A DNA stretch of 63,971 nucleotides, filler included, from Pirum gemmata (lineage: Eukaryota), in NCBI GenBank assembly GCA_002812295.1. It is 14 parts of 14 records of this genome, joined end to end, with 100 filler letters (N's around TTAATTAATTAA, not from the genome) between each part and the next. Parts side by side here need not be neighbours in the genome. Positions count along the whole stretch, not along the records: positions 36,956 to 41,368 come from PDIN01001147.1; positions 41,469 to 45,934 come from PDIN01001148.1; positions 46,035 to 50,425 come from PDIN01001149.1; positions 50,526 to 54,963 come from PDIN01001150.1; 10 more parts are not named here. One strand, 5' to 3'. A model generated the notes under the pieces. That model was not told where the DNA came from. It was given only the letters and a program-made list of their open reading frames with translations, and did no database searches. This document shows, piece after piece, positions 37,753 to 50,671 of the stretch; the first letter of the stretch is position 1, and each line of letters opens with the position of its first letter. Both the position numbers and the translations under genes were made by a program.

Positions 37753-38794
37753 TTAATGTCTACATGCCAGATGGGTCAGAAGTGGGCGATATCGCCCACT
37801 TGTGACCCATTTTTCACTCTTTGACTAACTTCTGCAATAATCAACCGTTTTAGACCATTCTTAGCTCATTTTAAAGGTCTTATGACGAATATCTTAAGTT
37901 TTTGATTTGAAGAAAGTTTCTTATAAATAACTTTAATGGTAATTTTGATGCAAAGTTTGATAAATTGAAAAAAGTGGACTTTTTTTTTTAGACTTTTTTT
38001 TTTTTTTTTTTAAGATTCGTTTTTTTTTAATTTTTGTTTTTTTTTTTAATTATTAGATATAGAAACTCGATCACGATTTTCGATCACTCCCACCAATTTT
38101 TTTTTGTTGATTATAGTATATTATAGTCGTTTGTGGAATATTCATAGAATATATACTCACTTAATAAGTGTTGTCATATATTCATAATTATATTTTGAGA
38201 ACTTAATTATATGTATTTTTTATTAATCAAAAAATATTGATTACTTAATTTTAAGAATAAAGTTAAATTTCAAGATTAAAAATTTTAGTGCATTTCTTTT
38301 ACTATACTATATCATTTTTGTTTTATCATTTTAATTCAACATGAAGGGAACAAAACATGGGAAAATAGTATTAATAGTAGGTACAAAAGTAATAGGTAAA
38401 AATAAAAACGTTAAGGGTAAAGAAGGTGTAGTTGAGGAAATTAAAGAACATATTAATAATGATAAAGCCTCCTACACCTATAAAGTTAACTTTAATAATG
38501 GGGAAATCGTAGCTTATTTTTATAGTCCTATCTCCTCAACACTTGATAATAGTGGTGTTGATGACAGTAATTTGAGAGCTCAATTACAAAGTTTTTGGAA
38601 TGGTAGAGGGAACTTAAGTGATGGTGATAGTGATAGTGATAGTGATAGTGATGGTGATTCTGATAATGATTCTGATGATAGTAGTGGTTTCAATCAAAAT
38701 ATTTATGATTATTTTGATAATATTACACCAAATGTAGGCCCAGCAATAGCAATGACATCGCTACCGTCCACAATAACAACAACATCAACAACAT

Positions 38795-38828
<34 letters not shown>

Positions 38829-40575
38829 GACAACATCGACAACAACAACAACATCGACAACATCGACAACATCAACAACATCAACAACATCAACAACATC
38901 AACACCAACACCAACACCAACAACACCACCACCAACAACAACGACAACAACGACAACAACGACATCAACAACAAGAGCAGCGGGATCAGTAAGACAAAGA
39001 CAAAGACAAGAAAGACAAAGACAAGAAAGACAAATGGAGTTGACCCCATCACAAGAGGAGTTATTGGTGGCTGAATTACTGAAGCCACACAACCAACTGT
39101 GGAACCCGAATGCATCAGTGACAGTAGACACGTACTCGGGTGTAAACAACCACCACAGACCCCTCTTGTCGTGGAACAGAAATTTAGATTCACTAGATAA
39201 AACACCATTTGAATATTTCCAACTTATGTTTCCTGGTGGATCCTATTTCAAAAATATAATAGACAACACCAATGCTCGATTAAGTTCCATGGCGTTACCG
39301 CCAACTAGCAAATACGAATTTCTCAAGTTGCTAGGTATTTTATTGGCAATGACACAATGCCATGAGCGAACAAGAAGGGACTACTGGAAAACTGGTACTA
39401 ATGGAATTAAAGTGGGGTTAGATTTTGGGGGACGATTTAAGATGTCACGCCATCGTTTTGAGCATCTAATGAAAGCATTAGACCTCAACACCTCAGAGGT
39501 GCCCATCGACTATACTACTGACAACTGGTTAGTAGTTAAACCATTCGTAGATGCTATCAACGACACCTGGGAAAGGAATATTATTCCAGGTGTTTATATA
39601 TGCATCGACGAATGTATGTGTGCCTGGAAAGGGAAAGACGGTAAGTACCATGGTATAAATGGCTTACCACACGTCACCAAAATAGCTAGAAAGCCAAAAG
39701 GGGTGGGGCTTGAAATTAAAGCTATTAGTTGTGGTGTTTGTGGACTTCTCCTGCGCTTAGAGATTCAAGAAAGCAAGGAGAGCATGGTCTCAAAGGAGTT
39801 TGTTCCAGAGTATGGAGCGGGAACAGCCCTTTGTTTGAGGCTAACTAAAAAATATTGGGGAACAAATCGTATAGTTTGCGGTGATAGTGCATTTAGTTCT
39901 GTCAAAACCGCAATACAAATGAGAAAATATGGCTTGCACTATATTGGCTGTGTTAAAACAGCTCATAGATTATTCCCCAAAAAATATATTAAGTTTAAAT
40001 TAAACGACAGAGAAAGGGGTAGTAGTGAATATCTAACTACAGAAATCACAGATGAAGGAGTAACTTCCACCCTGATTGCAACAGGGTGGAAGGATAAAAA
40101 TGTAAAATATTTTATTTCAACTTGTGGAATCACCATAAATGGTCCTGACGCCATTAAGGAGCGTGTTAAAACCGATGACAATGGGCGTACTGTTGGTTAT
40201 ACTTATAGTATAAAAAGGCCCAAAATATGCCATGACTATTTTGAAGCGGCGAACAAAATCGATGTACACGTTCATTTGCGCCAAGGTGGGTTGCGATTAG
40301 AAGAATGTTACAGTACAAAAAAATGGCATCATCGTGTATTCTCTACTTTATTGGGGATGATCGAAACCAATGCATATCTGGGATATAAATTGGAGAATGG
40401 AGAAGCTGGAGGTTTTCGAAAACATTCAGATTTTACTGCTTATCTTGCTCATCAGTTAATTTTCAACCCGTATGAAGAGCATGAAGTAGCGAGAAGGTTA
40501 CGAGCAGCAAGATCTCAAACGATTCATCCAGAAGAACCATACAATACACCAACCTCAAACCCACATATTTTACAA
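37753..40575 (+). mobile_element. piggyBac-like DNA transposon, left end present, right end missing
   Basis: Starts at TTAA (37753-37756) where LINE similarity stops. A 40-bp palindrome lies at 37771-37810, followed by the transposase ORF. No matching right end was seen, and LINE sequence resumes near 40575. Confidence 0.75.
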
Positions 40576-40671
40576 GTATTACAAAATAATACTACAAAAG
40601 GCACACCCAAAATTACTCGGTTACTATTTAGACGAACAACGCAACTACCGATATTAATACCACGCAAATAA
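38341..40671 (+). CDS. piggyBac-type DDD transposase (DDE_Tnp_1_7-like), 776 aa, C-terminal Cys-rich domain absent
   Basis: TPFEYFQLMFP, DYW, MSRHRFE, CIDECMCAWKG (D1), RKPKGVG, VCGDSAFSS (D2), GCVKT, WKD, KIDVH (D3), KWHHRVF..L....TNAY. Confidence 0.92.
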
Positions 40672-41160
40672 CTGGCAAACTAACTAAACAAAAAATTACG
40701 CTTTCTAGCTCTTTTTAGCCTGAGGGGAACTGACTGGGGATCCAACGCAGTCACGTTAACCAGAACTTATATAAGTCCATAATAAGGTAGATAACATGTA
40801 CAGATTACTCATCAGCTATAGTAATAATCATGATGACTCCAAAAGATAAAGAAAAACTAGAAATATTACAAAACATGTACAAGGCAATCCTACCACAACT
40901 AACCAACCTACCAACGATAGAAGAACGTTCACTCCAGACGATTTATATAATAATAACTACCTCCAACAAGCAACAACAAGCAACAACCCACAATGAAGTA
41001 TTAATAATAATACAACTATTAATTAAGAGACTACCACCACAAATGGCACCAGCAGAAATATGAAAGAAGGAACTCCTTATGCTAGTGACAAACCACCAAC
41101 AACACTAATTGGCAATAATTTTTAAAAATGAATCTAAAGATTTCGAAAACAAAGAGTATA
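40576..41160 (+). pseudogene. Decayed LINE fragment downstream of the RT core (right flank of the piggyBac)
   Basis: Alternative frames give HPKLLGYYLDEQRNY..YH (cf. KYLG..LD..L...H), LRGTDWGSNAVTLTRTY (cf. G..WG....L...Y) and KEKLEILQN...LPTIEER, with many stops and frameshifts. Confidence 0.7.
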
Positions 41161-41505
41161 ATAATAATAATAATAATAATAATTATCATATTATCATAAT
41201 ATCATACAAAAGAAAAAATCACATAAAAAAAAATGGGTGTAAAATGAAAACAAAACCGAGAAATGAACGAACGACTTAATGACGTCAAAATACCTTCTAA
41301 CAACCAATTTGTACTATTAATTTCGAAAGAAGGGGTGCTAGATCCGGTCGCCACTGGAGGGACACCCANNNNNNNNNNNNNNNNNNNNNNNNNNNNNNNN
41401 NNNNNNNNNNNNTTAATTAATTAANNNNNNNNNNNNNNNNNNNNNNNNNNNNNNNNNNNNNNNNNNNNGTTGTATAAGTTACCTTCCCTTCTTAGATGAA
41501 AGGAG

Positions 41506-41548
<43 letters not shown>

Positions 41549-41710
41549 TGTCTACTTGATAACAATTGACAACAACATTAATAAGAAAAATTACCCACGT
41601 AACATTTTAGTTAAGTAATATTCATGTATACTGTATTTTGTTTTTACCTAGCTCCTACTCTGTTTATGGTTGTAGCAGAAGTGATATTATTTAACCCCCC
41701 ACTCCACCCA

Positions 41711-44278
41711 ATGATTTTTCTCAAGCATTTAAAACCGCGGTTTCTGTTTCGAGCTGCTTCAATATCGCAAACAGGGAGGAGATTTCACAATTCTAATTCT
41801 TACGCTGGGGTTACTATTATTCTTATTGCTTTTTTCTACTATTATCCTTACTCTTATTGCTATTATAATCATAGTTTAGTCATGGCCGTAGTTGTGGTTT
41901 CAACTTGCGTTATTTGTCTTAATATTTTATTTTCCTTTGTCAACGAATTAATTATCAAATTTTGGTTAATTTTGGTTACAATTCCTTTTTTATATATGTT
42001 AGGCTCTCCCCACTACTCCAACTTTTTGTCCATATTTTGTTTATTTTCATACTTTTGATTTAACGTCTTCTTCACTGGTATAGCTGTATTGATTTTTTTT
42101 TATGTTAAAATGTTTAACCTTTAAAATAATGATAAAACCATTTTAGGCATCTATGGCTAGCATCAGTCCTTACATAATTGAAAATCAGGTATGTTCTAGT
42201 TTGTTAGCCTTATTTTTTTGTTTTATTTTTTGTAATATTTCTTTTCTTTAATTCAAGTCTTTTTAGTTTTTAGTTTTTTTTTTCGTGATTTAAGTTAAAT
42301 GATGACTTAATCATTTAAACATGCTTGGAACTAGGGACGACAGCCACAGATAACGGATGTTTTTTCTAGATGCTTGCAGGAGCGAATAGTATATCTTATG
42401 GAACCTGTAAGTTCGTAACCTAAACCTATCCCTCTACCTTAAGACTGAACTAATCACCAACCCTAATCTTCAACTTCTAACCCTACAAACCATAATAAAT
42501 ATTCTACCCCTCCACTTACAATGGGACTAACCATCTAAGCATAACCCCAAACCCTTAACAGTACCAGATACTCCAAAACAATTTTTGGTTTTGTTTTTTG
42601 TTTTTTGGTTTTATCATACATTTTTTTACACGAAAACGTTTTTTAACCTGTAAGTTGTAGATAGATAGGGGTAGGAGTAGGGGCAGGGGTTAGGGTTCTG
42701 GGGTTGGGGTTGGGGTTGGGGCTGGGGTTTATCAGGCTTAGGCTTAGGGTTTGGCTTAGGATTAGGGCTTAGGCTTAGGCTTAGGGGTTAGACTCAGGCT
42801 TATTGGTAACATCCACAAATAGCAGAATTTTTTTCTAGATGTTTACGGGAAGGAATAGTATATCTTATGAGATCTGTAAGTTCGTAATTGCGGTCTGAGT
42901 TAGGGTTTAGGGTTTAGGGTTTAGGGTTTAGGAACTATGAATGTTAATTTTTAATCCATTCTTATATCTTAATTCATAATATCTGTGATTGTTCTTTATT
43001 TTTTTTTTTTTTTAAGAACCTGTAATGAGTATCAGTTGAGTTATATTAAGGTATATTATGCTTTTAGGTCACTGACGACTTGGCTAGCACAGTAATTGCC
43101 CAATTACTTTATTTGAACTCAGAAAGCACAAAAAAACCCATATATGTTTACATCAATAGTCCTGGTGGATCCGTTTCGGCCGGATTGGGAATCTATGATA
43201 CAATGCAGGTACTTATACCTGTAAAAAATACACTGTGATAAGCCTAGATAATTTCCGTCATAATCATTTATGCCATTATGGCATATTACTTCGTATCTTT
43301 AGTTTATATCTTATGATTCTGTATATTTTTTAAAAGAATAATTATGAAACATGAATATTTAGTAGCGGCTTACAGCGGCTTACAGAGTAACGTGTTTTTT
43401 TTTCTTAGTTTGTAATATATATAATTTTAAATTTGATTTGCATACCTTAGTACATACAAGCGCCAGTTTCAACAATATGCATCGGACAAGCATGCAGTAT
43501 GGGTTCCCTTTTGCTTATGGCTGGTGAGAAAGGTAGGTTCTGTTTGTAGAAGTTAAAGAAAGATTATATGTTAATGTATTTGACTTGAATTTCAAGGCAT
43601 TTTTGAATATCTCATTTTTTAATTGTGTGGTTTATTTTTATTTTTAAGGAATGAGATATTCGTTGCCATATTCTAGAATCATGGTACATCAGCCGTCAAT
43701 TAGTAGTATTGGGGTGAGTATGTTTGTGATATGTAGTTTATATATATGTGTGTATGTATGTATGTATGTATGTATATATGTATGTATATGTATGTATGTG
43801 TGTGTGTGTGTGTATATTATATGTATCATACTAGTTTTTATGGTTTATACAGTTTGCTTTTTTTTGCTTTTTGTATTTCTTTACCCTATATATATATGTA
43901 TATATACTGAGCTTCTTTGTCCCAACATCTATATATAATTGTGTGATGTAGGGGCCCGCCAGTGATGTATCGCGTTTGTCAGAATATATGGTTAGAATGC
44001 GTTCAAATTTGAATAATATCTACCATCGGCACACGGATCAATCAATCGAAAATATAGGTATTTTTTAATATATATATTCAATAAACAAGCTAAATCAATT
44101 TAATTCCGCTGAAACATTTCTTTTTCCGATTTCAATGAACTAATTCTCACTTTTAAATTTGGCAGAAAAAGCAATGGACAGGGATACTTTTATGGAACCC
44201 CAAGAAGCTCTCTTGTTCGGTTTGATTGACAAAGTGTTAACAAAAAAAATGCTTGAAGAAGAACAAGCAACAGTATAG
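41711..44278 (+). CDS. clpP: ATP-dependent Clp protease proteolytic subunit, mitochondrial-type (8 exons)
   Basis: Exons 41711-41809 (Arg-rich transit-peptide-like, least certain), 42147-42188, 42335-42406, 43068-43208, 43451-43532, 43649-43713, 43952-44057 and 44166-44278 join in phase with GT..AG. Motifs: [46 protein letters not shown] (Ser), RIMVHQP (His), MDRDTFM (Asp), FGLIDKV. Confidence 0.95.
42670..42932 (+). repeat. Degenerate TTAGGG/TTTAGGG tracts in clpP intron 3, enclosing a pseudo-exon
   Basis: G-rich telomere-like units at 42670-42800 and (TTTAGGG)n at 42899-42932. A degenerate C-rich counterpart lies at ~42420-42560. Confidence 0.8.
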
Positions 44279-45164
44279 ATATAAAAACATAAACGCGTAT
44301 AATTTGATTAGTTATATAACTCTTAAATGAATAGTGAAGCTGCACCTCCAACTAATATATATATAAAGATAAGCTGTAATATCATTTTGTGTATAAAAAC
44401 GTAAACGCGTATAAATTTAGTATTTGTATAAATTTTAAATGAATAGTTAACTACACTTCCACTAATTATATATATATATATATATAAGGCAAGTTGTATT
44501 ATCGTTTTGTGCTTACTCCATACCATGTAGGAATCGTCTAGTATTAGTTAATTATGCAAACTAATGGATTGAGTTTTAAGCAGGGAAATTGTCGGATTTC
44601 TGGATTCTCTACAAACATCAGATAACAAAAACAATTATATAAAAAAAAAAGAAACCAAAAAAAGAAAAAAAAGGAATCAACCACTTGGAACACAAGATGG
44701 ATGTAAAATTTTAACATAACAGTAATAATATGAGTAACAAATCTGATATTAATAAAATCGAAAACGACATACGAGTTTTGAAACAAAAATAATGTAAAGT
44801 ATGAAAATTAGCAATAACCAGCAAACTACAACAACGAAGTCATTATTGACAACTCTCTTATACTTGCAATTTAACTTTGAGTTAATTTGTATTCCATTAT
44901 ATTTAACAAGTTAGGAAACCAATTTTAGTAAAGAATCACAAAAATAGAAAGAAAAAAAACTACATATGTTGATTAGATATTTTTGATTAGGAAACAACAA
45001 AAAAAACTTATAATATATATTTGTTTTTCACAATAGATTTTTCATAAAAATAATAAATAAATAAAAAAATATATTGTTAAAAACAATCAAAGTTTATATA
45101 CATTAATAGAATAGTAATAAATTAAATAAAATAAGACCTCTTTGTAGTCTAAAATAAAAAATGC

Positions 45165-45228
<64 letters not shown>

Positions 45229-45901
45229 TGGGTATTCAGTGTACTATTCACTACTAGTATTCACCAGTGTAGGTCTACAGTGGTTTTTTTCACACGTCTA
45301 GCTAGCCTGCTTATAGATAAGAGTAGGACCGTAATGTCCCGTCAATTTTTTTTTTATTCGATTGTAACTTTGGATAGAATCAAGCTACAGGCTCGAGTTG
45401 TGCCAAAATTTAACGTTTGATACCCTCTTTCTATATAACTTAAAATATCATTTTAATGAACACATCAAAAACCGTGCAGTCCCGACACATACCAAAATAA
45501 AAAATAAATCAACAGACTACGTCGTATTTATGGATACCAAAATGTGCAAATTAATAGTCTAAACATATTTTTTGTCCACATCCATCAAAAAATCAACAAC
45601 ATTGTGAATTTGTGAGTCTGTTTTTTTTTTTGTTGTTTGTTTGTTTGTTTGTTTTGTATTTTTGAAATTGGTCGAATCTCTAGGTGTTGCGTAACATGAA
45701 AAGACTATGAAAAGACCTGTTACAGACTTTTAAAAATACTAATCAATCACAAATGTATTTTTTTTTCCGATCAGCAGTCTACAAAATATGTTCGGTAATG
45801 ATTTTTTTACTTGATCCAAACCGAGCCAAAAAAGTCGAAAAAAGTGTCGGGACTGTACGGAGTACCGGAGTGTATGGTCCTATCGTACTCGAGTCTGATA
45901 A

Positions 45902-45934
<33 letters not shown>

Positions 45935-47099
45935 NNNNNNNNNNNNNNNNNNNNNNNNNNNNNNNNNNNNNNNNNNNNTTAATTAATTAANNNNNNNNNN
46001 NNNNNNNNNNNNNNNNNNNNNNNNNNNNNNNNNNCATCCCTTAGACTGATATAAATCCATTTCATTTAATTTGGTATATTTTATTATCTATTTATTCCTT
46101 TAAAAATGTCAGCTTAAATATTATAACCTACCAAATAAATATTCAAAGTGCCAAAATAAATGAAAATCACAATACAATTATGAAAACGATAGTACAAAAA
46201 TCTAACTCCGGGTCACCGCTCATGCGTACTAACTATCATTACAATCTTGACACTAACCATTATTTTAAAATCCTATTAGCAACGCAAAGGTTTGCTTGGT
46301 AGAACCAGACATAATTACAGTGAAAGAAATTCTTCCCAAGTATATGACATCATAAACGAAAATAATCTTAATTAATAATAGTAATAACGTTATAGTACCG
46401 ATATCATAATATTTTCGATAAAATATTGATGCATATACGCTATTATGACAAGCACATACAATACTTCTATTTTTAAATATTATCCCGCGTATTCTCCCAA
46501 AAGTTTATAATATAATACATACGCAGAAGTTCATAGGGACATCATCTTGTAAACCGGACTAAGTGTTAAAAAAAAAACGTGAATATTAATTATAACAAGA
46601 AGAAATCCAAATCATACTCAAAAGTTCAACTGTATAATATTATATATTATACAATATATATTATATAATATTATCTTAATTAATTAAAACCAAGTAATGA
46701 TTACACCTGCTGGTCTACATAACGACGACATTGTTTTATTTCAAAACTTTATTAATAATTGGTGTATTCATGATTAGTTAGAACCTTACAAAATATGCAT
46801 AGAACGAAATAGAAAACTTTGTCTGTACTTTAAGTTTTTAATTAAGCTGAAAATTACGGTATCTAAGTTGTATTAAATACAATTATGAATTCTTTGACAA
46901 AAAACCACAAGTCTTTTCTATTTCTATGTTTAAATTTTGACTTACAAAAACAAACCAAACACAACAAACACCCAAAAGAAAACAAAGATGCCGACAAAAA
47001 AATTAATAACCTCCTCGAGCTAATTAATGCCAACCGTTAGCCACGTATATATATGATGACATAGTATAAATTATAATTTATTTAATTATATAATACATA

Positions 47100-47103
47100 A
47101 TAT

Positions 47104-47138
<35 letters not shown>

Positions 47139-48299
47139 TTACTTCTTCTACTACTACTACTACTACTACTACTATTAATACTACTACTACTACTATTACT
47201 ACTACTACTATATTATATTATATTATATAGTTATAACAACATGTACAAGCTCTAAAATAATAATAATAATATGATTAATTCTTTAGAATAATTAATATGT
47301 ATTATATATAATTATTATTGTTGTTGTGTTATTATTATTATTGTGTTATTATTACATATATATTATAATTTTGTTATTAGCATATTATTATTGTGTTATT
47401 AACTTTGTCAAACTTCTAAGGAAAAAGTCATTAGAGACAGAAAAGAAAAAATATATTAATAATATCCAATATTAATATTATTGAATGTACACAAGCAATC
47501 TATCCGACAATAATTAAGAACACTATTAATAGTATACTTTATTTATTATTGTCTTCAACCCTATTTACCCGAGCAATGGTAATGGTGAATAGTAATGGTA
47601 ATCGTAAGGATAATGGTAAATGGTAAATGAAAAAAAAAAACTAACTAAACTTAATTTTAAAACATAATTAAAAATAACCAACAAAAAAAAATAAGAATAA
47701 ATTGATGTAAACAAAACGACAAACACCTAATACTTAAGCTTACACAATGCCATATAATAATAATATACGTGGACTAACTCTAAGTCAATTTGTAATGCTA
47801 AATACCAAACAGCTTCTACTCGAGCTTTAGATCTGAACCCCAAACTACTGGATCATTGATGATAATCACAATATTTTAAAATAGGAAAATATATAATAAT
47901 ATAGTATTAATATAATTATAAATTTAAGAAAAGTATATATTAAAATATTATCTATGTCTTTAACTTTATATATATTACCATAACTGTAATCAATTAACAA
48001 ATTTAAGTCCCTTTTGTTTATTACATTCAGAACAAATGGGTGTTCAATTAAACTTTTCTACTATAATATATGCTCTTCCATTTTAAAGGTTACGGTTACT
48101 TTATTTTGCGGTTTATTAATTTGGGTTATTGTTACCATTACTTTCCGCAACTTTCCAAAACTTTTGTTAGCAACATTTACAATTATAAAAAATCCTGCTA
48201 ATCCTACAATAATCAATGCAAACAAACTACTAATATTAATACTACTACTACTACTACTATCATTATTATTACTACTACTACTACTACTATTATTATTAT

Positions 48300-48370
<71 letters not shown>

Positions 48371-48734
48371 TTAATACTACTACTACTACTACTACTACTA
48401 TAGCTACGATTGTGCTTTTCATTTATTTTGTCCCTCCGAATATTTATTTGGTTGTTTATAATATTTTAATTGATACTTTTAAATAAATACTTATATAATA
48501 AAATATACCAAATTAAATGGAATGGATTGATATTGTATCAATTTGGTACTCTTTATTGTATATTTTATGACGACAAAATAACTGAAAAGCACGATACTAC
48601 TACTAAAAAACAGCTATTAATACTACTTTATCTATAAAACGTATAAATAGCTACTATAGCTACTACTACGTACTACTACTACTACTACTACTACGACTAC
48701 TTCTACTTCTACTATTATCATACTACTACTACTG

Positions 48735-48773
<39 letters not shown>

Positions 48774-48794
48774 TTTCAACTATTATCATTCTAG

Positions 48795-48850
<56 letters not shown>

Positions 48851-48994
48851 AAAAATAACTACTACTACGTAGTACGTACTACTACTACTACACAGTACTA
48901 CACCTACTACTACTACTGCTACTAAAAAATAACTACTACTACGTAGTACGTACTACTACTACTACACAGTACTACACCTACTACAGCTACTATN

Positions 48995-49067
<73 letters not shown>

Positions 49068-50367
49068 ACTACTACCGCTAATACTACTATAGAGGACCTA
49101 CTATAGCTACTTCTACCACTACTACTACTACTTATCAGGGTTCAGAGTTCAAGATTATTAGGGTTTAATTAAGGTTTAAGGTTAAAGTTAAGGTTAGGGT
49201 TAAGGATGTAATATATATCATTTACAAATCTGTATTAATAATGTAATATCATACTTCTATTTTTAAAATATAATATCATATTATATATATTTTTTTAAAA
49301 TATCATATAATATTATGATAGATTCACAGAAGATCCACTCAGCCAAAGAAGGCCAAGCCACCATTTTTTTTTTCAAAGAAAAACCAAAAACAATTTTTTT
49401 ATTAGTTCAGTACATCGAAAGATCAGCCAATACTTTTTCACTAAATTTATTAAGAAGCTAGTATTGGTTTAATTGATTTGTATGCATTTTATTTGAATTT
49501 TTAGCCCTCCTGCTCCTAGCTAGCGTGCTCGCAGCTTAGTGGTCTAGACTCTAGACCCAGGACTCTAGCTAGCCAGGACTCTGTACTCTCTTCTCCTAAT
49601 TCTGCTCTGTTTAATAATCGAGATTTCGAGTCTGTACATGAATTAATAAGTTCGAAATATTCAAGCTTACAATTAAGTATTCAAATATATTTATTTATTT
49701 ATAAACCCGAAAATTCGAACGTAGCTGAATTTTGGCTTTTTTTGACAGCAGAAATTTGAGTTTTCGGGTTTGAGCAGAATTGGGAGAGGCCTAAGACACC
49801 TCCTACTAGCTAGCCTCTAGAGGACTCTGACCAGGGTCTCCGAACTACCTTGGACTAGTCTACCTGGACTAGTAGTGCCTTGACAGTGCTTTGATAGCCT
49901 GTTACTCCTAGCTAGAGTTAGACTAGCTACTTATTGCTCAAAGTTCAAAGTTCAACTTCAAACGAATCAAACCTTTCCTTTTTTAAAAACAACTATTAGT
50001 CGGTTGAAAAAGACCAATAGACTTAACTTTTTGACCCCATGGTTTACATATTTGTTCTAGCATATTTGTTTCATATTTGGTACTTTGTCTTATTATTGGT
50101 TCTATATTTTGCTAGAAATGTTTTTGTGGAAAATTTTTGTGTGGATGTGTGTATACAACGATATACAACGGCTTTACAGCCTTAGGAGTTCTTCGGGATT
50201 ACAGAGTAAATACTACTACTACTACTACTACTACTTCTACTACTACTGCTACTACTATTACTATGATACTACTACTATGATACTACTACTACTAGCTGTC
50301 TACTACTACTAGACTGTCCACTACTACTGCAACGATTACTACTACTACTACTACTACTTCTACAACG

Positions 50368-50425
<58 letters not shown>
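47100..50425 (+). repeat. Extensive (TAC)n/(TAT)n microsatellite region
   Basis: Long TAC runs at 47100-47215, 48230-48405, 48595-49130 and 50210-50425. Similar (GTT)n, (TAG)n, (AAT)n and (AAAC)n tracts occur elsewhere in the window. Confidence 0.9.
48410..48596 (+). mobile_element. MITE family C (~185 bp)
   Basis: TGTGCTTTTCATTTATTTTGTC ... GACAAAATAACTGAAAAGCACGA TIRs. Other copies at ~410-597, 7915-8050, 37113-37280, ~46048-46190 and 63914-63971. Confidence 0.85.
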
Positions 50426-50671
50426 NNNNNNNNNNNNNNNNNNNNNNNNNNNNNNNNNNNNNNNNNNNNTTAATTAATTAANNNNNNNNNNNNNNNNNNN
50501 NNNNNNNNNNNNNNNNNNNNNNNNNTAACAATAACAATAACAATAACAATAATTTTAATAATATTTTTAATTAATAATAATAAAAACAAATTAATTATTT
50601 CTTATTTATTAATTCATACTATTTTTCTTGTAATTATTCTTATTAATTAATTGTATTATTCCTCCATCAAA

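Noticed and set aside
38341..40671. Fanzor/TnpB or other RNA-guided nuclease associated with the transposons
   Set aside because: No RuvC/zinc-ribbon TnpB-like motifs were recognised in any ORF. The motifs fit a piggyBac DDD transposase.
41624..42058. 144-aa ORF as a separate gene
   Set aside because: It overlaps the probable clpP exon 1 and reads on into AT-rich intron.
45324..45882. Possible non-autonomous element with TAGGACC/GGTCCTA ends and an internal inverted GTCCCGACAC
   Set aside because: The TIR is short, there is no TSD and only one copy was seen.
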